A stretch of 64,000 nucleotides of DNA from positions 194,310,001 to 194,374,000 of the forward strand of contig NC_058368.1 of assembly GCF_018350175.1 (NCBI RefSeq), in the 5' to 3' direction. Both the position numbers and the translations under genes were made by a program. The notes beneath the pieces are model-generated. The model was given only the letters and a program-made list of their open reading frames with translations. It ran no database searches and was not told the origin of the DNA. Source of the DNA: Felis catus. Taxonomy: Eukaryota. Of this stretch, positions 51,452-64,000 are shown one piece after another (position 1 is the stretch's first letter; each line of letters starts with the position of its first letter).

Positions 51452-53119
51452 CTGAAAGGATGGCAGAGACTCGGAATACAAGAGATAGGGAAAATAGTCT
51501 GTTACCTCTGCTTTTCCCTGTCAAGGCAATTAAACAGAACATGAATGCTCTGAAATAGGAAATAAATCTGTAACACACAATGAAAAGAAAACTAGTGCAA
51601 CAGAGGACTACTAGCGTTCTATGAACTCTTTAAAGGGACTAGGAGTTACCCAGAGCACAATAGGTCAGTGACAGGAGGATATGTTTGAGGGAATAACAAA
51701 ATCACATAATTCTTGGGTTTAAAAAAAAATGACTAAGATGAAAATGGTTAAAGAAGTACAGTAAGTACTTGGAGGGCCATTAATAATTGCCCTCCCTAAA
51801 GAGAAAAAAAATATACTTGCAATAGAAAAAAATTATTAAAAATTATTCTCTGAAGACAATAACTCAGAAACGAAGCAGGAATTTATCTGAAGGTCCAATG
51901 AGCTTCCTGTTTTCTGGCAAGGTTTAATAAACATTGTCGCAGGTCTATTTGGAGTTATTATACTTCAAAATTAAAAGCATCTCCTTTCCAGCCAGCACTT
52001 AGCAATGGGCATCGCTCAGGACAACTAACACAAGTGCCAGCCCTGCCATGAGAAGAGGGAGCGTGAGCTGGGATGCCCCATTGCCAACAATGAATTGGCC
52101 TCCATCCGCTCCCCCCCCCCTTCCGCACACAGTCTGTTCAGACAAGGCAGCAACAAGTAGCATGCCTGGAGGCTGGATGTGGGGAACGTACCCTGGGGCT
52201 CCAAATGTTATACACACAGAACAAGGATTACTGACTTTGTCTACGATGCATCTAATAACCAACTGGTCCCACCAAAACCCTGGTGAAGAATGGAATCATT
52301 CTCATTAACCACACACTGTCCCAGTAGTGGTACGGGTCCCACTATGCACTGACCTTGGACTGCAAGAAGGGAGTCAGACCGACTCCCGAAGATGAAGAGA
52401 TTTTAAACACAAAACAATCAATGACAATTCAAAGAAGCAGGAGGACAAGAAAAAGAATGCCAAGATTAGCGTCTTCTGAAGGAGCAGTTTCAGCCAGGCA
52501 AGCTTCTTGCATACACGGCTTCAAGATCAGGCCAGCGTGGCCGAGCACATGGCTATGTGCCAGAGGGCAGGAGGCTGGAGTTCTATCTGAGGAAAATCAA
52601 GGCCCAGAAAGGCGAATAAATTCTCCTCCCCGCCTACTGTCCCTCATGTAATTAAGGTGAAAAATAAAACAAGTACCAACAACAAACAACCCCCCCCCCA
52701 CAAAAATAGAATATAGAAGACGTAGTTACTGAAAGGAAGGTAACATACAGTAACTGACTTCTCAGTTGACATGCAAGCAATTGGCAGAGCTACGCTGTAT
52801 AGTTTGGGCAGGGAACTGCGTATTTGTAGAACATTGTCCCCAACCCGTGGAGAATACACGTTTATATACTTACCCTGCCCCTTTCCCTTCCACTCCAAAC
52901 TCATTCAACTGCCTGCCCCACATCTCCACGTGATTATCTAACAGACCACTCAAAAGTACAATTTCCCAAAGCACACTGTCATCTTCTTCTAAAATCTGGG
53001 TCCCGGTTTCTCCACCTGAGTTAATGAAAATTGCATTTCCTAGTTACTTGGGCAAGCAACAGTGGAGTTATCTTTGACTTCCTTCCCCGATGCCGATCCC
53101 TCTCTCTAGCATTCCAATA

Positions 53120-53373
53120 CAGTATTGTTTCAGGAGAATTCAGTGACACCCGGTGTTCATCACAACCAGTGTCCTCCTTAGTACCCATCACCCATTTAGC
53201 CCATCCGCCACCCACCTTCTTCCATGAACCCTCAGTCTGTTCTCTATCGTTAAGAGTCTTTTGTGGTTTGTTTTCCTCTATTTTCTTTTCTCCCCCACCC
53301 TTTCCATATGTTCATCTGCTTTGTTTCTTCAATTCCACGTATGAGTGAAATCATATGGTATTTGTCTTTCTCT
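53120..53373 (-). mobile_element. Carnivore L1 3' end
   Basis: cccatcacccatttagcccatc...aaccctcagtctgttctc...ttccacgtatgagtgaaatcatatggtatttgtc. Confidence 0.9.
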
Positions 53374-53394
53374 AAATCTGGGCATTTTGAATAG

Positions 53395-53463
53395 GAAGGT
53401 CACCCAGGACAACAGGCATAAACTAAGACTGTCTTGCACAAGCTGGGTCACATGGTCACCCTA
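53395..53463. mobile_element. MER94/MER81-like hAT-Blackjack fragment
   Basis: gactgtcttgcacaagctgggtcacatggtcaccct terminus. Confidence 0.55.
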
Positions 53464-54007
53464 TTTAATCTCAACATGACAGCCCAAATGTCTCTTTAAA
53501 ACCTAAGTCAGACCCTGTACTCCTCCACTCAGAGGCTTCTCAGCTCACTTGGTGTAGAAGCCAAGATCCTTCAGATGACCAGCAAAGCTTTCCGTGATCT
53601 GCCCCCCACCCCCATCCAGGCCTCTATCTCCTCTTCCCCTCCTTCCCCTTTGTTCACCTTTTTCTTCCTTCTGTGCAAACTCATGCCTCAGAGCCTTTGC
53701 TTTGAGGTTCCCTCTGCCTGGAAGGCTTTCTCCTCTGGCATTATATCTATACGATTTATTCCTTCCCTTTCTTCCAGTCTTTGTTCCGCGGTCACCCTCT
53801 CAGCGGAACTTTCCCTGAGAACTTTGTTCACAATTGCAAACCCCTCCCCCCAGCCCCCTGATGCCTCTTCCCCTGCTCTATAACCTTCAAATATTCTGTG
53901 TAACTTATTTATCATGTTTTACTGTGCCTGCCCATCACTGCCCTGCTAGAACGTAAGTTCCATGCAGACAGTGTTTTGTTTTTGCTTCTGCTTTGATCTA
54001 GTAATCT

Positions 54008-54542
54008 TGGTACAACAGTAAATGGAAATAAATGAAGACCAACCAAATGAGAGCGAGCAAAGTCTATTTACCCTGAGCTTGCTATAGCAAGGGAGTCCAC
54101 CACCATTGCTTGCATTTTCATGGAGACTGAAAGGCAGGCAGAGCAGTGGGAAAACTTCATAGTGGAATAAGGGAAGACCTCGGGTATGTACCGATTAGAG
54201 GCTATTGTCAAAGGGAAGCTAAAGGTGGGCTTACTAGAAGCAGGGCATGTATGTGATTGGTCAGGGGAGCATATTGAGCTTTCTCTAGTTGGTTTTAAGT
54301 TGGAAAAGGAGACAAATGTTAGGGAAACTGTCAGTTATTAATCAAGTCCTGGCCATTTTAGACTAATGTTACAGAAGACAGTAATCTGACTTCCTCCAAG
54401 TCTGACTTATAGAAAGCTGGCTTCCTGGATGGTTAAGGTAAACAATAGGATTGTTTTCTGGGCAGACTGCTGTAGGTTCTGAGTCAGAATTTTATATTTA
54501 TATCTGGTCTGGCCATTGTCCACTTGTATATTCAGTCTCTCA
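54008..54542 (-). mobile_element. ERV1-class solo LTR (MER89/MER90-like)
   Basis: Reverse strand begins tgagagactgaatatacaagtggacaatggccagacc...ctctgactcagaacctacagcag; inserted in the L2 tail. Confidence 0.65.
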
Positions 54543-55304
54543 GATATCTGGCATAGAGAAGGTGCTCAGTATTTGTTAAATGAATATCATTCCATTTCTA
54601 CACAATCCCAAAATTTGGAAAACTAAACAATATGTTTCTTAAAGATAGAATCCTGTATGATGGAAATATGGATAAAAATATGCTGGTCATTATAAACTGT
54701 AACATTTAAATAAAGTCTGAAATTAAAAGGTAAACCAGAATATAACAAACATGTGAGATTAAAGTGGTCAACAAGCTATTTATATCATTAAAGTGTGGAT
54801 AAAGATTATGGTGTACAAAAAAGATAGGTTGCACTCAACCTTTTAGCACACTGAAAGATACAATACGGACACTTATAAAGTAACACCTGAAGACAATGAA
54901 GGGGAAATTTACAAAAAGCAGGAAAGTAACTTAATCTCTTATGAAAGCTAACACTTTGGGTGGGTCAAATAATTATTATAATTATTTAGGGGACCAATAA
55001 ACTAAGTATACTGCAAGGAGAGAACACTCTCCTTTCAATTTAACTTTAAAAATTGACTGCCTAATATGGCACAAAGAAAAACTTTAAAAAAACGATAAAG
55101 CAGGAAGAATATATTTTAGCTATATTTTCTAATCTCTGCAACAAAACTACACATAATAAAAGGCAAAAGCCAGACAGGAAAAACAGCAGCAGTAGTGATA
55201 CTGACAACTCACAAAACGTAATTGAACAACCAAGAAATACAAGTCTCTCTTCTAACGGCATTTATATTACAAAACAGGTAAAAACTTGAAGTACATAGGA
55301 TACT

Positions 55305-57193
55305 TCAGCAATAAAGCGAATATCACAATAAGGTGAGTCAAATCAATTTTTTGGTTTCCCCATGCATATAAAAGTTATGTTTATATTACACTGTGATCAA
55401 TTAAGTGTGTAATAGCATTATGTCTGAAAAAACAACGTGCATGCCTTAATGAAAAATATTTTATTGCTGAAATATACTAACCATCATTTGAGCTTTCAGT
55501 GAGTCATAATCTTTCTGCTGGTGGAGGGTCTGGCCTCGATGTGGATGGCTGCTGACCGGTCAGGGTGGTGGTTTCTTTAAAGTTGGGGTGGCTGTGCCAA
55601 TTTCTTCAAGTAAGACGACAATGAAGCTTTCCCCATCAGTCAAGTCTTCCTTTCATGAATGATTTCTCTGTAGCCCGTGAGACTATTTAATAGCATTTTA
55701 CCCACAGAACTTCTTTCAAACTTGGAATCAATCCCTACCGCCACTTCATTAACTCTGCTTATGTAATATTCCAAATCTTTTGTTGTCATTTCAACAATCT
55801 TCACAGCATCTTTATTAGGAATAGATTGTATCTCAAAAAAGAACTTTTTTTTTTTTTTTGCTCATCCCTAAGAAGCAACTCCTCATCCATTGAATTTTAT
55901 CATGAGATTTCAGCAGTTCAGTCACATCCTCAGGTTCCAAGTCTAGCTCTCTTGCTATTCCCACCACTTCTCCACCACACTTCTCCACTGAAGTCTTGAA
56001 CCTCTCAAAGTCATCCATGAGGGTTAGAACCAACCAAGCCAAGAATTCCAAACCCCTACTTGATGTTGATATTTTTACCTCTCCCCATGTATCACGAATG
56101 TTTAACTGACTCTGCCCAGATCCATCAGAGGAATCACTATGCATGGCAGCTACCACCTTATGAAATGTATTTCTTCAACAATAAGACTTGGAAGTCAAAA
56201 TGACTCCTTAATCCATAGGCTGCAGAATGGCTGTTGTGTGAGCAGGCTATGAAAACAACATCAATTTTGTTGTACATCTCCATCAGAGCTCTGGGGTGAC
56301 CATGTGCATTGTCAGTAAGCAGTCATATTTTTAAAGGAATTTTTTTTTCTGAGCAGGTCTCAACAGAGGGCTTAAAATAGTCAGTAAACCATGTTGTAAA
56401 CAGATGTGCTGTAATCCAAACTCTGTTGTTTCATTTACAGAGCATAGGAAGAGTAGGTTTAGCAGAATTCTTAAGGGTTCTAGGATTTTCAGAATGGTAA
56501 ATGGGCACTGCCTTCAACTTAAAATCATCAGCTGCATTAGCTCCTAACAAAAGACTCGGCCCATCCTTTGATGATTCTGAAGCCAGGTATTGGTTTCTCC
56601 TCTCTAGCTATGAAAGTCCTAAATGGCATCTTTGTCCAATACTAGGCTACTTCACCTACATTGAAAACATGCTTTTTAGTGTAACTACTTTCTTTATTTT
56701 AGCTAGGTCTTCTGGATTACTTGCTGTAGCTTCTACATCAGGATTTGCTGCTTCACATTGTACTTTTTTTTTTTAAGTTTATTTTGAGAGAGCGAGCATG
56801 TGTGCAAGAGAGAGTGAGCAGGGGAGGGGCAGAGATAGAGGGAGAGAGAGAATCCCAAGCAACAATCTCATGAACTGTGGGATCATGACCTGAACCAAAA
56901 TCATCCACTTAATCAACGGAGCCACCCAGGCACCCCTCACCTTGCGCTTTGATGTTATGGAGATAGCTTCTTTCCTTAAACCTCATGAACCAATCTCTCT
57001 TAACTTCAAACTCTTCTTCCACAGCTTCCTCACCTCTCAGCCTTCACAGAATTGAAGAGAGTTGGGGCTTTGCTCTGGGTTAGGCTTTGGCTTAAGGAAA
57101 TTGTGCTACTGGTTTGATGTTCTATCTAGACCACTAGAACTTTCTCTATAGCAATAAGGCTGTTTTGTTTTCTTTTCATGTGTGTGTTCACTA
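55305..57193 (-). mobile_element. Tigger1 transposon, large fragment with decayed transposase
   Basis: ttttggtttccccatgcatataaaagttatgttt end; minus ORF 55833-56156 contains LMDDFERFKTSVE...IARELDLEPEDVTELLKSHDK, the Tigger1 transposase C-terminus. Confidence 0.93.
56764..56936 (-). mobile_element. Can-SINE (internally deleted) in Tigger1
   Basis: T tail, gagagaatcccaagc, gatcatgacctga, gagccacccaggcaccc; degenerate TSD cacattgtacttt / caccttgcgcttt. Confidence 0.9.
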
Positions 57194-58464
57194 GAAAAAG
57201 GGAAACGGGAAACTCTTAGGTCCTTGTAAGGTACTGGAGCTCAACATGAACTCCCACATTAAACCAGAAAACTCAGATGGACTACATTCTGGAAAAGCCT
57301 ACCAACCAGCAAAGAGAATTTTCTAAAAATTCTGGCTGCAAATGTCTCCACATATAGTATCCTTTGATAATTTTAAATATAAGTCTGCTCTCACCTGGGT
57401 CTGGAGTTAAAACCATGTAACACCCAACCTAAGCCAGGAAAATAAAGGAATCTCTGCTTGGCAGCACTAATAGGGTCCAGCAGAATCAAACATGAGCATG
57501 GCATGGTGCAAAACATCCCTAATTCAAGTCCTCTGTTTTGTGATCAAGTTCAACCCTAAATGAGGTAACTAAAAAAAGAACAAACAAAAACACAAAGAAA
57601 TAAACACAGGAGGAAATGGGAAACCACAAATAAGAGTCAGCAGACATAGACCCCAGAGGACTTCAAATATTTGAATTATCAATAGCAAGGAAAGATAAAT
57701 CTTAATATACTTACTTTTCAAAGCTAAGTGATAAAATAAAAATGATCAAGGAAACCCACATTTGAACGGAAGATTCTCTGAATACAGTGGGAAAAGGATG
57801 CCAAGGGATCCCACATAGACATATTGGCACAACAGGTATTGCTCCATTTCTTAGGTTGGAAGGTGGTAGGGTCACAGATGTTTGATTATTATGCACCATA
57901 ACGCATATTAAGTCAAATCCAAATACTACATAAAATACAATTTGAATATTAAGAAAAAACATTTAAGAACCTTTGTGAACATCTAAACATCTCAGTTTGT
58001 TTCCTCTGAAAGCCTCGCTAAAATGATATTTACAATATATTTAATGGAGGGAATCAAGCCACAACAACAAAGAGGAGAGATGATAACAAAAACACAGTTG
58101 AGGGGAGGGAGGATGCTTCCTGGGGTCGTCCATGGCCTCCTGTGCTGGTCCTTCCAGCCACAGCTCCTGTCGGGAAGGAGTGCTACTCCCAGCCCCAGTT
58201 TCAGCTTCTGCTCTGAGGAATATATCCCACAGCCTTTTAATGCTGGGTTTCCTTGTTCCACCAGGCTATCCTCTTGGGCAGCATCCTTTTTCAATAGATT
58301 CCATACTTCCCTGTCTACCATGGGTTCTGTATTTACACCCGAGGACCCATGCCTTTGTAAACTGTTATCAAAGGGAACTTCAGTGAGACCTATACCTCCT
58401 TTCCTTTCTCAGGCAGGACTCAAGCCCCAATGTTTGTTTGCTTTGGTAGTTAGATCCCTTTCCT

Positions 58465-58686
58465 TCTTTTTTTTAATTTTTATTGATTTTGAGAGAAAGA
58501 GAGAGAGCATGAGCACACATGTGGCGAGGTGGGTGGTGGAGGAAGAGAGAGATAGAGAGAATCCCAAGCAGGCTCCATGCTGTCAGTGCAGAGACTGAGG
58601 CAAGGCTCCATCTCACAAACTGAGATCTTGACCTGAGCCGAAATCAAGAGTCAGATACTTAACCTACTGAGCCAGCCAGGCGCCCC
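58465..58686 (-). mobile_element. Can-SINE
   Basis: Full antisense element ending ccaggcgcccc. Confidence 0.93.
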
Positions 58687-58854
58687 TAGATTCCCCTTCT
58701 TATTCCACAAATTCAGGCAAGTGTTCATCCCCTCCTCCCTTTATAGCCAAGAATTAGAGGTTTGTTCCCTGGAAGGGTAAACAGAAATTTAATAAACACC
58801 AGGCACAGTTAAAAGCAGTGCTACCACAAGACAAACAAAGATTAAGCACCATCT

Positions 58855-59301
58855 AAAGAAGACACACAGACGGCCAACAGACACTTGGAAAGGTGCTCAA
58901 CGTCAATAATCATCAGGAAAATGCAGATCAAAACCACAGTGAGAGATCACCTCACACCTGTTAGAGTGGCTATTATAAAAAGACAAAAGAGAGCAAGTGT
59001 TGCTGAGGATGTGGAGAGAAGGCAACTTTTGCGCATGGTGGTTGGGAATGTAAATTTGTGCAGCCACTGTGGAGAGTAGTATGGAGGTTACTCACAAAAT
59101 TAAAAATAGAACTACCATATGATCTGGCGATTCCATTTCTGATTATTTATTCAAAGGAAATGAAAATGTTAACTCAAAAAGATGTATGCTTTCCAATGTT
59201 CTTGCTACATTATCTATAATAGCCAAGAAATAAAAGCAACCTAAGTGTCTATCAATGAATAAATGGATAAAGAAAAGGTGGCATGTGTGTGTGTGCGTGC
59301 G

Positions 59302-59337
<36 letters not shown>

Positions 59338-59825
59338 GAAATATCATGCAGCCATAAGAAAGAAGGAAATCTTGCCATTTGCAATAAGGATGGACCTTGA
59401 GGGCATTATGCTAAGTGAAATAAATCAGACAGAGAAAGCAAATACTTTGTGATCACTCTTAAATGCAGAATTTAAAATAAAGCTGCACCCATATATCCAG
59501 CAAACAGATTGGCGGTTGCCAGAGGTGGGAGGTGCAGGGAGTGTGCAAAATGGGTGAGGGGGATCAAAGGTATAAACTTCCAGTTATAAAATGAAAAAGT
59601 CATGGGATGTCATGGTGACTATAGTTATCAACCCCATATTGTATATTTGAAAGTTGCTAAGAGAGATCTTAAAAGTCCTCATCATCAGAGAAAAACTCCT
59701 ATGTGTGGTGATATATGTTAAGTAGAGTTATTGTGGTGATCAGTTGGCAATATATACAAACATTGAGTCATTATGTCATATATTAGAAATTAATATAATG
59801 TTACAGGTCAATTATATCTCAAAAA
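58855..59825 (+). mobile_element. L1MA/MB-like 3' end
   Basis: [20 protein letters not shown] and YHAAIRKKEILPFA ORF2 remnants; 3' UTR ttgaaagttgctaagaga...caattatatctcaaaaa. Confidence 0.9.
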
Positions 59826-60264
59826 CAGGGAGATTAAACACTAACGTATATCAACTAGGAAAGACAATAGGAAATGTACACCTGGGTGTAGTGCATACTG
59901 TAGAGCATACTGTAGTATAACCATAAACATTAAATCAAAGAGAAGGATTTAAAGTCAGCCAGAGAGAAGACTACAATGACTAACAAACAGAAAACAGGCT
60001 CCTCAACAGTAAAAATGCAAGTCAAAGGGTTAATGTCAACCTCAAAATGTGAACCATCCAATAAATCTACTTAAACCTGTTTTTAGATGAATAATTCTTA
60101 AGAACTTGCCACCAGCAAAACCTTAATAAAGACATTTTTACAGGATTTCCTGATTATGTAAAATTGAAAGATCAGCCTAGAAAAGTTCTGAGATTTAAAA
60201 AAAAAGCCAAGAAATTAATAAATGTAAAAATAAATGTAAACACTGTGTGAAAATAGGAATACCA

Positions 60265-60675
60265 GGGCACCTGGGTGACTCAGTAGGTTAAGGATCCAAC
60301 TTCATCTCAGGTCATGATCTCGTGGTTTGTGAGTTCAAGCCCTGTATCAGGCTCTCGGGTGTCAGTGCAAAGCCTGCTTCAGATCTTCTGTCCCCCTGCT
60401 TCCTCTGCCCCTCCCCATATTGTGTCCCCCTTTCTCTCAAAAATAAACAAACATTTAGGGGCATCTGACTTTGGCTCAGGTCATGATCTCATGATTCAGG
60501 AGTTCTGGCCCCATGTCAGGTTCTGTGCTGACAGCTCTGAAGCCTGGAGCCTGCTTCAGATTCTGTGTCTCCCTCTCTCTGCCCCTTCCCCATTTGTGCT
60601 CTTTCTCTCTCAAAAGATAAATAAGCATTAATTTTTTTTTAATTTTTTAATTAAAAAATAAACATTTAAAAAAAC
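60265..60675 (+). mobile_element. Two tandem Can-SINEs (second, from 60458, inserted in the tail of the first)
   Basis: Outer TSD aataggaatacca / aatagtaatacca; inner repeat aaacaaacattta / aaataaacattta. Confidence 0.92.
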
Positions 60676-60873
60676 AATAGTAATACCAAATTGTGGGCTT
60701 TAAAAATTGATATAGGCATACCTTCAAGATATTGAAGACTCAGTTCCAGAGCACTTCAAGAAAGCAAGTCAAATGAATTTTTTGGCTTTCCAATGCATAT
60801 AAAAGTTACGCTTACACTCTACTGTAGTCTATTAAGTATGCTATAGAGTGTCTTAAAAAATGTACAGACCACA

Positions 60874-61049
60874 GGGGTGCCAAGGTGGCTCAGTTGGTTA
60901 AGCATCCAACTTTGTTTGGCTCAGGTCATGATCTGACAGTTCGTGAGTTTAAGCCCCATATCAGGCTCTGCGCTGATGGTGTGGCACCTGCTTGGGATTC
61001 TCTCTCTCTGCCCCTTATGTGCTCTCTCTCTCTTAAAAATAAACTTAAT
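60874..61049 (+). mobile_element. Can-SINE in Tigger1 derivative
   Basis: TSD aaatgtacagacca / aaatgtacagatca. Confidence 0.92.
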
Positions 61050-61251
61050 AAATGTACAGATCATAACTTTAAAATATTTTATTGTTAAAAAAAATTTAAC
61101 CATCATCTGAGCTTTCAGTGAGTTGTAATCACTGATCACAGATTGCCATAACAAATACAATAATAACAAAGTTTGAAATATTCTAAGAATTACCAACATG
61201 TAACCCAGAGACATAAAGTGAGCAAATGCTGTTGAAAATATTGTGCCCACT

Positions 61252-61465
61252 GGGCACCTGGGTGGTTCAGTTGGTTAACCACCTGACTTTGGCTCAGGTC
61301 ATGATCTTACCATTCGTGGGTTCAAGACTCATGTCATGCTCTGTGCTGATGGCTCAGAGCCTAGAGCCTGCTTCAGATTCTGTGTCTCCCTCTCTCTCTG
61401 CCCCACCCCTACTTTCACACTCTGTCTCTCAAGAATGAATAAACATTAAAAAATTAACAAAGAAA
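61252..61465 (+). mobile_element. Can-SINE in Tigger1 derivative
   Basis: TSD gaaaatattgtgccca / gaaaatatggtgccca. Confidence 0.93.
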
Positions 61466-61649
61466 AGAAAATATGGTGCCCATAGACTTTCTCAACACAG
61501 GGTGGCCATAAACTTCTAGTTTGTAAGAAGCACAGTATCTGTGAAGCACAATAAAATGAAATACACATGTAAATACTACACAAAAAAATTTATGTGACTT
61601 GGGGACAGATCAGAGATAAAATACCATAAAGTCCTTGTAAATTAAAAAA

Positions 61650-61862
61650 AATTTTTTTTAATGTTTATTTGTTTTTGAGACAGAGAGAGACAGAGCGCAA
61701 GTGGGGGAGGAACAGAGAGAGAGGGAGACACAGAATCTGAAACAGGCTCCAGGCTCTGAGCTGTCAGCACACAGCCTGATGCAGGGCTCAAACTCACGAA
61801 CCATCAGATCACGACCTGAGCTGAAGTCGGACACTCAACCAACTGAGCCACCCAGGCGCCCC
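61650..61862 (-). mobile_element. Can-SINE
   Basis: TSD aagtccttgtaaatt (61629-61643, 61863-61877). Confidence 0.96.
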
Positions 61863-61879
61863 AAGTCCTTGTAAATTTA

Positions 61880-62052
61880 AATATTTGTTTAATTTTGGTC
61901 AGAGTGCAGAGAGAGAGGGAGACAGAGAATCCCAAATGGTCTCTGCAAGGTCAGCACAGAGCCCAATGCAGGGTTCTAACTCACGAACCATGAGATCATG
62001 ACCTGAGCCAAGATCAAGAGTTGGACGCTTAACTGACTGAGCCACCCAGCTG
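61880..62052 (-). mobile_element. Can-SINE (older)
   Basis: gacagagaatcccaa...gagatcatgacctgagccaagatcaagag...gagccaccca. Confidence 0.9.
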
Positions 62053-62947
62053 CCAAGATGCAATTTCCTCTTTTGCCTTGCTCTATGGGTGACCTTTGTC
62101 CCTTAATGAAAATTCTTATAGACTCCAAGACTATTCTTGTCACCTTTAGGTAAAAAGTTAATCTTTAAGACACAAAACTTTGTATCAATTCAGTAACAAG
62201 CAATTTCTAGTCAACAGTTTAATCTTTATGGCAAAGTGAGTTTTATTTCCCTTTCTGGAAACAAATTAGATCTAGTTGTAGGTGGACCACATTTTGGTTG
62301 GTTTGGTACTAGGTTCTTTTCTTTTTCCTTTTCAGATGTCTCTTCTTCTTGAGATTGCCAATAGTTACTATTGAATGTTGAGCCCTGGCATCCTCTGCCC
62401 CTTCCTTGGTTCTCAGAAAACTAGCAGTCAGGCCTCCCCTTTCAGGCAGACATTAAAAGAATCTCTTCTGGGGAATCTGATTAGCTTAAGAGGAAAGACC
62501 TAAAGATATTCACATTTGGGGGACTCCCTCCACCCCCAGGAAAGGATCCTTTCAGATAACCTCCAGTAAAGCCCACTGTTGACCAGCACCAACTTCATGC
62601 TCAATGCTTCTACTAGATTTCAAGTGCCCCACTCTTACGTAAGAAACAAGGATCCCAAACATCTGACAATATTTTTTTTTGGAAAATATCAAGCCCCAAA
62701 TGTAAAATGCAGCTGAAAGCCATGACATTTAAAAAACATCTTACTGATATCCCAACATACCTTCCAAACTAATAGCAAATATTTAATCAATAAAACATGG
62801 CTAGGATGCAAAAAGGGGTATGTTTCTGAAAAACCAAACAGAGCTCTTACATATTAAAAAGTTTAGCAGAAACTTAAGTCTCACAGAAGTGTTAGAAAAT
62901 AAAGTTTAGGGAAAGTAGGAAGTAGAGCAAAAAGAGAGGGAGAGAGA

Positions 62948-63143
62948 GACCTGGGTGGCTCAGTCCATTAAGCATCCGACTCTTGGTTTCCACTCAGTTC
63001 ATGATCTCCCAGTTTTGTGAATTTGAGTCCTACATTGGGCTTCTCACTGTTAGCACATAGCCTGCTTGGGATTCTCTGTCTCCCTCTCTCTCTGCCCTGC
63101 CCCAACTTGTGCTGTCTCTCTCAAATAAACTTAAAAAAAAAAA
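62948..63143 (+). mobile_element. Can-SINE within an old L1 ORF1/HAL1-like relic
   Basis: acctgggtggctcagtcc head and A tail; flanks tccaacatccaaataacaggaatcctagaa resemble ORF1. Confidence 0.88.
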
Positions 63144-63469
63144 GATAGATTTAAAATTGCAGCAATACGTGCATTCCAACATCCAAATAACAGGAATCCT
63201 AGAAATAAAGAACAAAGTACATTTGGGGAAGAACAGCATTAAAATTTTTCAAAAAAAAAAAAAAGTCCTAGATTCAAAGAGCATGTTGTTACAGATCAAG
63301 GGCATCCATCAAATTCCCAGAACAATAAATAAAAACAGACTCATTTCAAGACATCATTACATGATGACATTTTAGGATACTGCAGATAGAAAGTAGATCC
63401 TACAAGATTCCAGAAACAGAGAGGGAAAAAAATCACTAATGTTTTTTAAATTTAATACATCAAAATTGA

Positions 63470-63840
63470 GCTTTGAATTTCTTCCCCCTTCAAGCCACAC
63501 ATCTGTTCCTCCCCATCTCGTACATCTTTATTAATGGCCCTGATATCCATCTAGTTGCTCACATTTTTTGATGCCTCACTTCCCCACTTCTAACCAATCA
63601 GGAAGTCCTACTGACTCTAAATCCAAGACTTATCTTGCCTTCATCCCCTTCTCCCCATCTTCGCTACTGTTACCCTAATCCTATCCCCATCTCCTCTCAC
63701 CCAGATTAAAACAGCTGTCTCTTAACTGGTGTTGTTCCTCTCTTGGTCCTTTCCCAACTATGGAATACTTTAGAATTTAAGATCATGTTACTCCTCTGAC
63801 TACTTCCCATTACCCTAAAGATAAAACCAAACATCATTAT
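63470..63840 (+). mobile_element. L2 fragment
   Basis: catccatctagttgctc-like, aaccaatcaggaagtcctactgactcta, gatcatgttactcctctg. Confidence 0.7.
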
Positions 63841-63845
63841 AACAC

Positions 63846-64000
63846 CTGTAATGAGTTCAAGGGATTTCGCAGCTGATCTAGGAAAAAGATGGCCATGAGA
63901 GGGCAAGAGAACACAACAAGCTTTATTTGATACCACTTTGACAACTTTGCATGGAGAGGAGCAGGGGGTGTGTGTGGAGGGGGGAGGGTAGTCCCCCAAA
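63846..64000 (-). mobile_element. Probable LTR 3' end, continuing beyond the window
   Basis: Starts tgtaat (reverse ...attaca), reverse-strand AATAAA (aagctttatt) ~80 bp in; interrupts L2. Confidence 0.5.

Larger units (their letters stand above)
52870..54585 (+). mobile_element. L2 3' region, interrupted by an L1 3' end, a MER94-like element and an LTR
   Basis: ttcaactgcctgccccacatctccacgtg...gttccctctgcctggaagg...ctagaacgtaagttccatg...gtgctcagtatttgttaaatgaat. Confidence 0.85.
60713..61569. mobile_element. Internally deleted Tigger1 derivative carrying two SINE insertions
   Basis: ta|taggcatacct left end, aaatgaaatacacatg|ta right end; shares sequence with 55305-55510. Confidence 0.87.

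Noticed and set aside
55833..56760. Domesticated Tigger transposase gene
   Set aside because: Reading frame broken, N-terminal part missing, SINE inserted
58023..58598. Longest ORF in the track (191 aa)
   Set aside because: No recognisable domain or splice context, and its C-terminus runs through an antisense SINE; likely chance
1..64000. CRISPR array, operon or other prokaryotic/viral system; CpG-island promoter; processed pseudogene; numt
   Set aside because: No repeat-spacer array, long ORFs, CpG island or recognisable mRNA/mitochondrial sequence seen

Overview
Mammalian nuclear DNA, almost certainly a felid: it carries about 22 tRNA-derived Can-SINEs of the cat type (GGGGCGCCTGGGTGG... 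head, (CT)n, A-tail) and carnivore L1 3' UTRs. The window is AT-rich intronic or intergenic sequence dominated by interspersed repeats. These include an old, fragmented L1 (~3.7-11.1 kb), a near full-length TSD-flanked carnivore L1 (29707-36390), many L2/MIR relics, MaLR/ERV LTRs, and hAT and Tigger DNA transposons. No protein-coding gene, RNA gene or CpG island could be identified with confidence; the ORF track is mostly repeat-derived or chance. The best leads are three CpG-retaining, splice-site-bounded candidate exons on the minus strand (21897-21986, 50823-50915, 51347-51451), two strong co-oriented CTCF motifs near them, a SINE split by a ~570-bp foreign insert, an out-of-order duplication inside an L1, and a well-preserved Tigger-like element I cannot assign to a family I know. 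I do not see evidence for a novel biological system. Repeat family names come from recalled consensus similarity, not a database search, and boundaries of old repeats are approximate.
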